64,000 nt of DNA, taken from assembly GCF_001194135.2 (NCBI RefSeq), contig NC_068997.1, forward strand, positions 39,072,150 through 39,136,149. Reading direction: 5' to 3'. The notes beneath the pieces were generated by a model. That model ran no database searches. It saw nothing but the letters and a program-made list of their open reading frames with translations, and had not been told where the DNA came from. The translations under genes and the position numbers were made by a program. Shown piece by piece: positions 50,110-63,257 of this stretch. Each line of letters begins with the position of its first letter. The stretch's first letter is position 1. Origin of the DNA: Octopus bimaculoides. Lineage: Eukaryota.

Positions 50110-50172
<63 letters not shown>

Positions 50173-50889
50173 AGAGGGAGAGAGAGAAAGTTAGAAAGAG
50201 AGGAATAAATATATATGTGTGTGTGTGTTTGAAGGCACGCCTGTTTGAATATGTATATATATTCATATGCATACATATATAAATATGTAGAAATCCAATT
50301 TCAAACATGAAGTAAAACGGATTATTACAGACATGTAGTGAAACACAGAAATATAGTAGCGAAGCGCACGCTAGAACAGACACACGCATACACACACACA
50401 CGCACACACAACACACATACACATACATACATATACACTTAACACAGACAGACAGACACACACACGCGTACAAATACACCCTACATATTTACACACTGAG
50501 ACATAGAAAGGCCGAAATCTGAACAGACACAGAGATACACATGTCGGCACAAAACAACAGCAACAACAATAACAACAACATTAACAACAAGCGGAACGCA
50601 TTAAAACCTTCTTTAAATTAAATTCAGTTAAAAGCAAACTCGGTTGAATGAAAAGAATTTACAAAAATAAACTAAATAAGAAAATTAAAAAAAAAAGAAC
50701 ACAATGAAAATAATAAGTAAAAATAAAAAAGAAACAACTGAAATAAATTTTTTAAAAATGTAAAATTATCATAGAACAATGAGATGAAAAAGAAGAGAAC
50801 AAAAATATGAGGCGAAGTATGAGGAAGAGATGATGAGAAAGAAGACTAGCGAGGAGGAACAACAATAATGGTCGCAAGAACAAAGGCAA

Positions 50890-51040
50890 GAAGCAGAAGA
50901 AGAAGAAGAAGAAGAAGAAGAAGAAGAAGAAGAAGAAGAAGAAGAAGAAGAAGAAGAAGAAGAAGAAGAGAAAGAAGAAGAAGAAGAAGAAGAAGAAGAA
51001 GAAGAAGAAGAAGAACAAGAACAAGAACAAGAAGAACAAG
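50890..51040. repeat. (GAA)n trinucleotide tract
   Basis: Directly visible. Confidence 0.95.
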
Positions 51041-51422
51041 AAGAAAACTGTCATCAAAACCAAGTGCAATGTTGTTGGTTATTCCATTAGAAAATTAATC
51101 ATTCCGCCAGTGATTAGATAGAAAACACATTGGGCGTTATNNNNNNNNNNNNNNNNNNNNNNNNNNNNNNNNNNNNNNNNNNNNNNNNNNNNNNNNNNNN
51201 NNNNNNNNNNNNNNNNNNNNNNNNNNNNNNNNNNNNNNNNNNNNNNNNNNNNNNNNNNNNNNNNNNNNNNNNNNNNNNNNNNNNNNNNNNNNNNNNNNNN
51301 NNNNNNNNNNNNNNNNNNNNNNNNNNNNNNNNNNNNNNNNNNNNNNNNNNNNNNNNNNNNNNNNNNNNNNNNNNNNNNNNNNNNNNNNNNNNNNNNNNNN
51401 NNNNNNNNNNNNNNNNNNNNNN

Positions 51423-51457
<35 letters not shown>

Positions 51458-51580
51458 TTATGCATGTATTCGCGTACGTTAGCATACGCACTCATATTCA
51501 TACATTGTAGTTGAATATTCAGTGTTTAAGATGTTCACCTGATATTCAAACCATGTCTTCTTTCTCTCTTTCTTGTTCAG

Positions 51581-51682
51581 CACCAGTAAAGGCAGAGCAT
51601 TCTGATTCTGTGAATGGCTCATTCTCTACTCAAATACCTTTGACACTCCTGCAATTTCCGATCCACAAGGTCTATAAATTAA
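51581..51682 (+). CDS. Probable internal exon, 102 nt, phase 1-1 (xPVKAEHSDSVNGSFSTQIPLTLLQFPIHKVYKL), gene unidentified
   Basis: Very strong acceptor tcttctttctctctttcttgttcag| and consensus donor |gtgagt. The length is a multiple of 3 and only one frame is open. Confidence 0.55.
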
Positions 51683-51889
51683 GTGAGTAACTAACTCTAC
51701 CTAGTTTTAAATGCCGAATGAAGTAACCAAAGGAATGGTAGGGGAAAGCTGAGGTCAATCAGTATAAGGATAAAACTACTCAAACTTCCCGCTTCCAGTA
51801 TCTTCCGCTTTAGTATCTTCAAGCGTTTCCCTAAAGAGACCATGCTTTTGTTGTTAACATAATTTCAATTACCTTTTATCTTTTAATTG

Positions 51890-52110
51890 TTTCATTCATG
51901 TGATTGCGGCCATGCTGGTGCACCGCCTTGGAGGATTTTAGTCAAATAAATTGATCTTAGGTCTTATTTGTTTTAAAGTCGAGTAATTATTCTATCGGCC
52001 TTTTATGCTGAACCCCTAGCTTACACAGACGTAAACACACCAACACTGGTTGCCAACTGGTGGAGGGGGGGGGGAGAGAACAAACACAGACACAATGACA
52101 CACACACACA
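51890..52110 (-). mobile_element. SINE family A 3' body
   Basis: Similar to the rc of 1960-2160 (gcggccatgctggtgcaccgcc...gacgtaaacacaccaacac). Confidence 0.75.
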
Positions 52111-53179
52111 TAGTTACACATCCATTAATATACATATATATATATATCAATAATTAAGGGTACTAACAAACAGTACCGGCATGCTAAATATAGCAGTCAA
52201 AATGACAAAATCACAAATTTATTGCTTATAATAATATCAGTGGCCTAGCATGCATAAAAGACCTCATGACGATAAACATTATCAATTAATAATTAAGGCT
52301 ATTAACAAGCAGTACCAGCATGCTAGGCCACTGATATTATTATAAACAATAATATACTCTTATATATACCCCCCCCCCATATATATATATATATAAAGAA
52401 TAAAAAGTTTTGAATGGTACAACAATGCACTATAATACAAAAAATGGACTATATACCTGTTGTAATTTAGTTATCCATAGTCCGATGATATTTCGGAATA
52501 AATTTCCTTCTTCAGATATTCCTACATGGAGTCGCTGCTATAATCGGTTTTCGGTTTTCCAACGGCTTTATATNNNNNNNNNNNNNNNNNNNNNNNNNNN
52601 NNNNNNNNNNNNNNNNNNNNNNNNNNNNNNNNNNNNNNNNNNNNNNNNNNNNNNNNNNNNNNNNNNNNNNNNNNNNNNNNNNNNNNNNNNNNNNNNNNNN
52701 NNNNNNNNNNNNNNNNNNNNNNNNNNNNNNNNNNNNNNNNNNNNNNNNNNNNNNNNNNNNNNNNNNNNNNNNNNNNNNNNNNNNNNNNNNNNNNNNNNNN
52801 NNNNNNNNNNNNNNNNNNNNNNNNNNNNNNNNNNNNNNNNNNNNNNNNNNNNNNNNNNNNNNNNNNNNNNNNNNNNNNNNNNNNNNNNNNNNNNNNNNNN
52901 NNNNNNNNNNNNNNNNNNNNNNNNNNNNNNNNNNNNNNNNNNNNNNNNNNNNNNNNNNNNNNNNNNNNNNNNNNNNNNNNNNNNNNNNNNNNNNNNNNNN
53001 NNNNNNNNNNNNNNNNNNNNNNNNNNNNNNNNNNNNNNNNNNNNNNNNNNNNNNNNNNNNNNNNNNNNNNNNNNNNNNNNNNNNNAAGGACGGAAAAGAG
53101 GTGAATTGGTACACAAATACAAATAACAGGAAATTACAACGAGTGTCTTTAGACTAAGGATGAATTAAATTAAACTGGC

Positions 53180-53215
<36 letters not shown>

Positions 53216-53218
<3 letters not shown>

Positions 53219-53370
53219 ACTTCTTTCAGTTTCCGCCTTCCAAATCTACTCACAAGGCTTTGGTCGGCCTGAAGGTGTAGTTGATGATACTTGCCCTAGG
53301 TGCCACACAGAGGGACTGAACCTGGAACCATGTGGTCGGAAAGCATGCTTCTTACCACACACCCCTGCAC
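53216..53370 (-). mobile_element. SINE family A head
   Basis: Similar to the rc of 1786-1925. Confidence 0.85.
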
Positions 53371-53516
53371 CTATTGTTTTAAATCAAAAAGGATTATTTG
53401 TTGTTTACGTCATAAGAATTTTGAAATTTCGAGAGGCTTGAAATAAATCGTTTTTAACGGTGGAACTTGAAGTAGATAAAGCTATACATAATAGCGTGTA
53501 AATATAGGATTTAAAC

Positions 53517-53679
53517 ATCCCTTGGAGAGAAAAGTCGAAAGCTGCTAGTGGCACTTGAACCCACATCTGCAAAAATGACAGGCGTGGTACCAAAGCAATC
53601 CTTCGAGTTTATCCTCTGTCATATTTATGGAAGATGTGTTCGAGTCCTACGATCTGCCTTCGACTTCTCTCCAAGAGAT
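53517..53679. repeat. Imperfect hairpin, ~65-bp arms and ~30-nt loop
   Basis: cttggagagaaaagtcgaaagc pairs with gccttcgacttctctccaag. acttgaacccacatctgcaaaaatgacag pairs with ctgtcatatttatggaagatgtgttcgagt. Confidence 0.8.
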
Positions 53680-53882
53680 TTTTCACAATTAAGACATTTT
53701 TTAATACTTGCTGGATCTAGAGGAAAAGATAGAACGTAAGCCTTGGTAGGAGCTCCAGTTTAATGAAATGGATGACATTTACATTCCAGTTAAATTTTGG
53801 AAGTCGCGTTCAAATCCCGCTGACGTCAACATTGTCTGTAAATAAAGTACCAGTGTACTCGTTCAGTACTCTAGCTGTTTCC

Positions 53883-54027
53883 TTCTCCCGTCCTCCTCTT
53901 CTCCCGGCCTCCTCTTCTCCCGTCCTCCTCTTCTCCCGTCCTCCTCTTCTCCCGTCCTCCTCTTCTCCCGTCCTCCTCTTCTCCCATCCTCCTCTTCGCC
54001 CGTCCTCCTCTTCTCCCCTCCTCTTCC
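53883..54027. repeat. 16-bp minisatellite (ttctcccgtcctcctc), about 9 units
   Basis: Directly visible. Confidence 0.9.
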
Positions 54028-54479
54028 ACTCCTTCCTCCACCTTTCACACTGAGGATTCATCTGCCATGGCCCAGCAAGCTGAGACGGTGACAGTGAGTT
54101 CCTCGCGTCGTAGGTTTTACATCGGAATTTAGTTGAAGCCCCTAGCTCAAAAATCACTAAGGTAATTGAGAAAGCCTCCAGCTAATCAGTACTTAGTCCC
54201 TTTTGAGGTAACACTGTGTAACAATATGAGTTGTGAGGTACTGGGGAGTATGGAATAATTCCTTAGTCAGCATTACTCCCAAATCCGCTCTGATCCGGTA
54301 AATACCTGTTAGGATCCTATCTATGAGTTAGTGGCAAAGCATACTGGACATATTCGACGTGTCAACACCTTGCTTCCATGGACATGTCTTGTAGCATTCA
54401 GTAGCCACCCTCCACCCTAGGTAACTACCTCACTGCCTCAGTTGGGACTCTTTTAACGGCTCCGTCGTTCTACCTTTTT

Positions 54480-54945
54480 CACCTCTTCCACATCAGCAAA
54501 TTCCATAGCACCAGTTTTCATCAAGTTATGAACTTCGAAAAAAGGTTCGGATCAACTTCCAGCTGTTCTCTCAATTCATGACTTGCATTCAGTCGTGAAT
54601 GCTTTTAACCTTCTGTGAGCAAACGAGGCACACATTTTGCTGCAACTCTCTTCATTCGCAATTCCTCGCTCAAAATTCGTTGGCAGGAGTTCCAGGACAC
54701 ACCAGTCATATCAAGAAGTTCGTCAATTGTTCGGTAACGGTCCTCCAGATTAGTTCATGAACTTTTGTCCTGAACAAAGCTGGTCTTCAAGCGACAAATG
54801 ACCATTCCTAAAGCGTGGAAACCACCCGTAAACTTGTGTCTTGCTCATGACAGCGTCCTTTTAAGTTGTTTAAAGCATGACAACTGTTCTGGCGACTGTT
54901 TTCCCTAGCAGAAAACAAAATTTCACGAAAACACGGTGTTTCTTN
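54480..54945 (-). mobile_element. Mariner transposase N-terminal remnant
   Basis: The minus strand encodes decayed HTH regions and a (C)VPRLLTEG-like linker. Confidence 0.7.
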
Positions 54946-55719
54946 NNNNNNNNNNNNNNNNNNNNNNNNNNNNNNNNNNNNNNNNNNNNNNNNNNNNNNN
55001 NNNNNNNNNNNNNNNNNNNNNNNNNNNNNNNNNNNNNNNNATATATATATATATGGCAAATGAAAGACGGAAGCTGGAATATACGAGAATTTATCATTAA
55101 TCACGAGCATTGTTTCGACACATCTAGCATCGATTCCTCTTGGGTGGGACACTCAACAACTGGTGCAGCAGCATCCGGTGATGCAGATGTATCTCGTCGG
55201 GTGCTAAATACGTGTGAGTAATTTTGTGTGTGTATTATACACACACAAACACACAAACGCACACTCACACAAATGCACACACACACAAATGCATGCATGC
55301 ATGATGTATGTATGTATGTATGTATGTATGTAAGAAAGAAATTTGCTTTGAAGTCCTTAGAATACTACTGTATGTACGAATTATATTATAGAATCTACCG
55401 GTTTCACTATTTTATAGCTATTCATGACTTACTAATTAATTACGTTGTTATAATTTTCTGATTTCAGAACTTAATTTTGTTGGTGATGCTAGCGATATTC
55501 TTATAATTTCACAATTTTATAAATCGATGTTCTGGTATCAGGGGAGGTAATTTAGTCTTGTTTATTAATAGTAATTTACGAAGTTGTCAGTAGTTAATTT
55601 ATTTTAATTAATAATAACTGATATAAATGCAATCAGTTTTAATGAAACGGAAATATGAATAATAAAAATTGATTAATTAAACCTAAATGTAATTAAAATT
55701 AATTAAATTTGTGTATTTA

Positions 55720-55950
55720 GACAGGCCTGCTATCTGTCAGTGTATGTGGTCTCCTTATTCAATCGCTGTTGTTCATAAATTTCGTTGCTACATTGATACA
55801 GAGGAAAAATTTTCAAACTTTTCCCAGCACATGTATCTATCGCCCTCTGAGATATTTGTAGCAGGGAAATCTAATATAGTCTTTATGCGCATAAAGTCTT
55901 CATAATACTCTTCCAGTTTGTCCTATATAATTTTCTCCAAATCCTAAAGA
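55720..55950 (-). mobile_element. Penelope-like GIY-YIG remnant
   Basis: GENYIGQTGRVL*RLYAHKDYIRFPCY. Confidence 0.7.
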
Positions 55951-56718
55951 AATTATCATGAAAGCACCAAATCATAAGAGAATTATTAATATTCTTTAAA
56001 AGATAAACTACATAAGCACTGAATTTCATACATAAAATTATATCATGAAAATTTTAGTGTATTTTCTGCTTGGAGACTTGCTTGTTTTTTGGCTGCATAT
56101 ATTCTTTATTCAAACATATACTCTGTCTCTCCCTCTCTCTCTATGATATATATATATATATATATATACGTGTGTGTGAGTGCGTTTGTGTGTGTGTATA
56201 TCTATGCATCATACTTAAAACAGATAAATCGTTAAAAGTCTGTTAAACATCAGTATTCTACTCGAGAATGTATCTCTCATGGAGTTATTAAAAAAAACCT
56301 CAGAAATATAGCAGTAGAAGACGAAATTCGTGCAGCAGCGGTGGTAGCATTGCTAAATATGTATTTCTGCTTCTTTGTGCTTCGTCAGTATCGAGTAGCA
56401 ACCACATGCTAAGATAAGAATCTGTCGCTACTAATACCTTCCACTGCCGATTTAGTAAAACAGTGACTGAAAAATCACCGACGTCGCATTTAGCCGGTTG
56501 CCTGAATAAAAATTCGTTATTAGCGACGGAAGCAACATTAGTTCAAAACATGCATCTGTACATCATTCTGTAAGTAGATACATCACTGAAGACCTAATTA
56601 ACTGCAGTAAACATTTCAGGAAAGCGTCCCTTATAGACGTAGTGCTAAAAATAAAAAAATATATCTGTAGTAGTTCGAAATCGTCCAACAGCAACACTGT
56701 TGTGGCCGTTCTCGATTT

Positions 56719-56779
56719 GTGACGTCACACCACTTTCTTCATTTATTTTTATTCTGCACTCTTCTAACATGGCTACTAG
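56719..56779 (+). promoter_or_regulatory. Candidate CRE site (gTGACGTCAc) plus short first coding exon ATG GCT ACT AG|gtgagt
   Basis: Perfect 10-bp CRE palindrome at 56719-56728, aacATGG Kozak context at 56769 and a consensus donor at 56780, within a locally CpG-richer stretch. Confidence 0.3.
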
Positions 56780-56799
56780 GTGAGTCTGGAAACCAAATT

Positions 56800-58710
56800 T
56801 GTTTGAAACATTTGGTGACGTTTTTTGTATGAGATCTTTGAGGGATCTTCACTGATAGTAGCTAGCTACCTCTTTCGGATGTGCTGTTTTTTCGGTGCTC
56901 ATAGATATTTCTGTTCCGTTCAAAGAATTAAAACCCCAAATGGCAGAGATTCCTCCTTTTTCTTTATCTTCCCAGACAGTCTCGACTTCCATTTGCTTGG
57001 ATGCCACAGAGTGAGATGTTTAAGTTCAGGATGTTTCTGATTCACATTTATAGTCTTTCATTGTAATGTTTCCTTGTTGCCATCTCAGAACAAAACGTTA
57101 TTTTCGACAGTCGTTCATTGTTCATCAAAGTCGACAATGGCCATTCCAGCTCAACTGATGCACAGTAGTCATCGCGAAACTTGTCATTTCTGCTTGTTCT
57201 AGGACATAGGAATGACGGTGGCACAAGGACGTCTTCTTGCTCCATACAAATTCTAACACCAAATGATGAGGCGGATCCGTTCAAATAGCAGTGAACACTC
57301 CATGTTATCATCGAGAGTTGGGATGTTAGCAAGGAATTATAAGGGAAGTACCAAGCTTTTGAAGTATATTTTCTACAATGCTTACGGTAAAAGCTTTGAT
57401 CAGACCTTCAAAGAAGAGCTATAGTAGCTTGTGCTCATTGATTGTGCTTTGTAGCAGACAGATTGTAAAAACAAAACCGATTGTACACGTTTAAGGCAAA
57501 ATACTTTCTGTGACATAGACAGTGTAGATTCGGTTTTTGGTGAGATATATTCTAGCAAAATTCTTGTTGAAAATTTTCTAGCAATCAAGAGGAGCAAAAT
57601 TTCTCTAAGCTTCTCACAATCACCTCAATTTGTGTTCTTGAAAAATTGTTGCAATTTAAGTACCTTTGAGATCAATTGAAACATTTTGTCTCTCTCAGAT
57701 GATTGAATTGATGCGATAAGGTAACCAGTAACTGTTCACATATTTTGAAAATTGCAATAGAAATATTGTCTATTATTCTTCCTTTTTGTAAGATGAAGGA
57801 AACTGTAGAATCGGGTCGATGGTGGCAGCATTGACGTTATCTAGACAATTGAGGAGAGTTTCAAAAATGTTTCGTCTAAAGACTAAAGACATGAGGTTCG
57901 TATTTTAGGACTTTTTAATCCATCTGATGATTTGAATGGAGTTATAGTAGACGATGAGGTCAGTAGGTGATTTTCCTGCGCAAAACTTTCTCGCGCCTCA
58001 TTGACTACAGTAATTTTTAATATTTCGAAATCCATCAGCCGTTTTGGATTATTGCAGATTCTTGTTTGATAGTTTTTTATTTTCCTTTTTTGGCAGTTGA
58101 AGATGGTTGATTGTCTGAAGTAAGTCGAATTTCTCTATTCAGACTGATAAATGTTGCAATTTCAGGATCGTTTTCATGACACCAATTTTGTGGTATCTTT
58201 TAGTAATTCCTAAATATTTGTTTCAACTTGATTAGCATCTTCTTTTGGTTAATTCATCATTTTTCGATTAATTCTTGTCAGAGTGGAGGTGGATGTTGCT
58301 GAAGTTCTTCAGAAATACACTTCTCAAATTCAGCATGACGATTAGGATTATGGAGGATGACATTGTTCTTCTTTCTCGGTGGGGGATTTCAAACGATGAG
58401 TCCAGCAGTTGTTAGTGCTTCTTATAGCTCTCTTATGGTTCTGATAATAATAATCGATGAGATGCTAATGGTTTGATCTCGGGTACATCCAAAATGTCTT
58501 GTATTTCTCTTCGAGTTTGAACAGGGTATCGATAATAGCAAGGCTATACTCAGAACAAGCATCCAGCAATATAAAACATTAGAGATGGTATTACCGACTC
58601 CTTCTTTCCTCCGTAGATTCTTCGAAATTGGTCGGTGTCTTGAACTGGAGCATACACGCTGTTCGTGGATATGTACTTCTTTGATCAGACACCGTGATTT
58701 GAAACCAAAA
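56800..58710 (-). mobile_element. Decayed RTE (BovB-like) LINE, APE through RT
   Basis: The minus strand has the APE C-terminal pattern (TLFKLEEKYKTFWMYPRSNH..LIDY...CWTHR), with decayed RT/thumb segments downstream. Confidence 0.7.
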
Positions 58711-58853
58711 CCAACATCATGTTAGAGTAAAAATGGTTATTTCAAGTTAGATTCCAATTTCATTCCCATCAGTGTTATTTCGTAATGGTATCATATACTA
58801 AATATTATTACTTATCATTCTAGGTATAGCATAATATGTGGTGTATGATTTCT

Positions 58854-58987
<134 letters not shown>

Positions 58988-59076
58988 TCTGTATTTTCTG
59001 TGTGTGAGTGTGTGTGTGTGTGTGTGTGTCTGTCTGTCTATCTATCTATCGATATATCCATCTATACATGCATGTA

Positions 59077-59139
<63 letters not shown>

Positions 59140-60330
59140 GCATCATCACACCCTCTTTCTGTACTCTCACACATACATGCATGCATACACACACACATGT
59201 ATACTGTGTATATATAAATCAAACATGCACACAAGTATAAAGACAATGAATCTACAATACCTATAACTGACATAAAAAAAGTAGTACACATATATAGACA
59301 TGGTGCTCACAAAATTATATAAACGCTGTTTATATATAACTACATGCAGGCAACACCCTCATAGTTCTAAAGATAGGCAATGTAGAGAACTATGCAGAAA
59401 GTAGGAATATAGCCCAAAGGCTTTAGCAATTGAGAAAAAAATCGCTTAGTAACTTTGAATAGTATATTGCTGTAAGAAAAACGTTTTTTTCCCTTACAAG
59501 TTGAAATTTTCAGAGAATACGCAAGATACACACACTTACACACATATTTACATCCACCGCCCAACAACACACACCACATACGTTCATAAATACAAGTGCA
59601 TATCAATACATTTTTTTTTAATGTAACTATTATATGAACGTCTCTTCCTATTACTACTGTGTGCAATCATAATTTCACTTCTATCTCTTTCTTTTTACTT
59701 TGGCGACTATGTCTGTGTGTCTCTCCCTCACTCGCACCGCTGCCTATCTATTCATAGTCATAATTTTCACTTTATCTTCCACTGCAACACATACAATTTC
59801 ATATATATATATATATNNNNNNNNNNNNNNNNNNNNNNNNNNNNNNNNNNNNNNNNNNNNNNNNNNNNNNNNNNNNNNNNNNNNNNNNNNNNNNNNNNNN
59901 NNNNNNNNNNNNNNNNNNNNNNNNNNNNNNNNNNNNNNNNNNNNNNNNNNNNNNNNNNNNNNNNNNNNNNNNNNNNNNNNNNNNNNNNNNNNNNNNNNNN
60001 NNNNNNNNNNNNNNNNNNNNNNNNNNNNNNNNNNNNNNNNNNNNNNNNNNNNNNNNNNNNNNNNNNNNNNNNNNNNNNNNNNNNNNNNNNNNNNNNNNNN
60101 NNNNNNNNNNNNNNNNNNNNNNNNNNNNNNNNNNNNNNNNNNNNNNNNNNNNNNNNNNNNNNNNNNNNNNNNNNNNNNNNNNNNNNNNNNNNNNNNNNNN
60201 NNNNNNNNNNNNNNNNNNNNNNNNNNNNNNNNNNNNNNNNNNNNNNNNNNNNNNNNNNNNNNNNNNNNNNNTATATATATATGTATGTATGTATATATAT
60301 ATATATGTATGTATATACATTTGTATGTAT

Positions 60331-60369
<39 letters not shown>

Positions 60370-61185
60370 CATATATATGTATATATAAATATATATACAT
60401 ATAAGCATATGTAGGTGGGTATATATACACACGTACACATACACACAAGCACACTTATGCATCTCTATACGCGCTTCTGAGTGTATATGCTTCTTTATTT
60501 GCATATTGATATACATATATGCATACATACACATACAAACATACATACGCATGCATACACATATGCGCATGCACGCACGCACATATGCACAAGAACACAC
60601 ATAGGTACACATTTACATATGCTTTTGCTTCTCCCTCCATCCCTCCCTCCCTCCATCCTTTTTTGCTGCTAGTTACAATGTTACACGTCTAATCGAATTT
60701 CAATCTTTAAGATGATATAAAAATTACTGTTGTGTTCTTTTCAGAATATCTTTGTCACACAATGTAACTCGTACGCTGTGTTAAAAAGAAATATGTCAAC
60801 ACATTAACGCCCACCTACGGACACATAATCATACATACACACAAGCATATGCACAAACATCTACATACATAATTCATATATACGTATGTACATACATACA
60901 CACACATATATACACGTGTATGTATGTATATATGCATAGGCATACATGCAGAGTCTATTATGAATTGTCTGTGTGAAGCACGCATTGCTTTTCTCATTTG
61001 CATACACGGATATGCCTTCATATGAAACTCTTTTCAGTCACTGATCATTAATTTTCATTATAGTAAATCACAAAATAATAAGAAAAATATTCGTAACCGT
61101 CGATTCTAAAGAGATCAGTCAACACGGTGCATGAATGTGCGTGTTTATTAGAATATTGATTAATAAAAGCATTAATCTACGTAAC

Positions 61186-61238
<53 letters not shown>

Positions 61239-61499
61239 CATGCATACATACATACATACATACATAATACATATGTGTGTGTGTCTGTATGCATTGCATG
61301 TCTATAAATAATACTATGGATGTATATCTATTAATATATATATGCATATATACATATATCTAATTCGAATATTAAGAAATATTTGACACAACGGGCTCTG
61401 TTCGAGCAATAATTCATAAAAGTGTGATAAATACTGTTTATTTCCAACGAACACGTACCTCTTACTCTGTTTTTACTGTTTGTTGAAAAGCAATAAGTA

Positions 61500-62530
61500 T
61501 GATTTTGAATGAAAGCGATGCTATCCAGTCTCGGTTTTCTCCCGCTGCCAAACAGCTCAGTGATGTTTATAATTCCAGTGGCATGTTTCCACGCAGCTTC
61601 ACTTCTAAATTTACATAAACACAAACATCGTACTTTATAATGTGAAAAAGAAGGTTTAATAATCTTATTCTTAAAGAGGTTTATGAACCAACACAATAAT
61701 ATAAAGTTTTAAAAAGACACAATAATTGATCAACAAACAACACGGATATAATACAAATAGTGTTTTGCCAAGTTGAATCTGAGAGGGTTACATCTAATTT
61801 GTTGAATTTAAGCTTCAGTTTTCTCCTTCTCGTATTTTTGTATGCATATTTATCGAATAAGATACTCCCTGCTATGGCAGCCCTTTTAATATAGGAAAAT
61901 CTATTTCTGGTTGTATAATTATGGTATATTCTCATTTTATGGCTGAGAGAAAATAACCCAGTAGAGCGCTTTGCTGCGCACCAAGCGGAGCAGGTACAGT
62001 TTCGCATGTGCATTACAGTGAACTGGAAAAACATCGTTAAACTGAGATTATGGAAGCAATTAGCTGACAAATATTCCCTCCAGGGGTGTTTAATATCTAT
62101 TCAAATTCAGCTTTACAGCATTTCCTCTGTTTCTATGCAAACTGATCTTTCTTGGTCTTCACCAGTTGGTTTTAAAAACCAGTTTCTAATCCATGTCGTC
62201 CATATTTTTGTTCAGCTGATCTTATTAGAGTTATCCTCCCTTTCTTAGTATTTTCTAAATTTCCATTAAGAAAAAGGTTATTTATCAAGTAATTATTTGA
62301 ATATCCTGATGTCTCAACTCATTATATTACATATGTGAGATTTTGCCATGTTTTATCTCAGTTTCTTTGGGATAACTTTTAGTCATCCATCGAAAGACAT
62401 ATATGGCGGTAAGTTACTGACGCCTTACTAGCATCTAATGCCATTAGTCAATTGTACTGGTACGTAAAATTAATCTTCTGTGACTGAATATGTTTGAACA
62501 CAAGCGCATTTGTATGGACACCCTTTTATA
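61500..62530 (-). mobile_element. Highly decayed Tc1-like DNA transposon
   Basis: Terminal tataaaagggtgtcc-like end at ~62530, an AWCAAKRSTGLF segment (cf. VWCAIS..G.IG) and a degenerate QQDG region. Confidence 0.35.
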
Positions 62531-62819
62531 TGGTTGGGTAAAAAATGTTTTTTTTTTCCATTGGGAAGAAAAAACTTACATTTTAAGGAAAAGAAACGGT
62601 CTTTTTACATCCTTCTCGCTTTCAAAGATACAAATGACTTAATACATTAACGCTTAGTGTCACACACCCTCTCTCTCAATAAAAGAAAAAGAGACAGTTA
62701 TGAAATTATCTAATGCGAAGAATTTATTCATTGTGTGTAAAATGAAAAGTAAAGTTAATACCTTAATGGATTTCTCAGCAATAAATCACTTTATCATGAG
62801 GTTTTCCACGATAAGGTTT

Positions 62820-62905
62820 CCAGAGCCAAACTGGTTTCGAACTAAGAATCCTTATTTCTAAACTAGGAAGAAATAGCAATTTTAACCACTTGGCCTACTG
62901 ACTCA
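62820..62905 (-). mobile_element. tRNA-derived SINE head fragment
   Basis: Reverse complement has taggccaagtggttaa (A box) ... gttcgaaacc (B box). Confidence 0.45.
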
Positions 62906-63257
62906 TGATTAGTTTTGGTTTAGAAATAAAGGTTATTAGAATCTAGTTCATTACTATGTATACACCCAAGAACAAGACAGCTGATAACAATTGGAGAACA
63001 AGCTGATCAAAATGAAATTTATATTTGAATGGCAATATTACAAATCACCATAATATTACAAATCACACGTTTCTGAAGTTGTAGAATCGATTGGTTCGTT
63101 AGTTCTTTAGTATTTTATACCATCGATTCCGTACAATGAAACACTATTAACTTTGGCGGGATTTAAACTCAGAATTTGATGGTTGTAATTTAATATTGCG
63201 ATACATATTATCGAACGTTTAACATTGCATTTTTCACTTCACCACATCTTTTACATG

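Noticed and set aside
61950-62040. VHCNAH motif suggesting a hAT transposase
   Set aside because: The surrounding motifs and terminal sequence fit a decayed Tc1-like element better; no other hAT motif was found.
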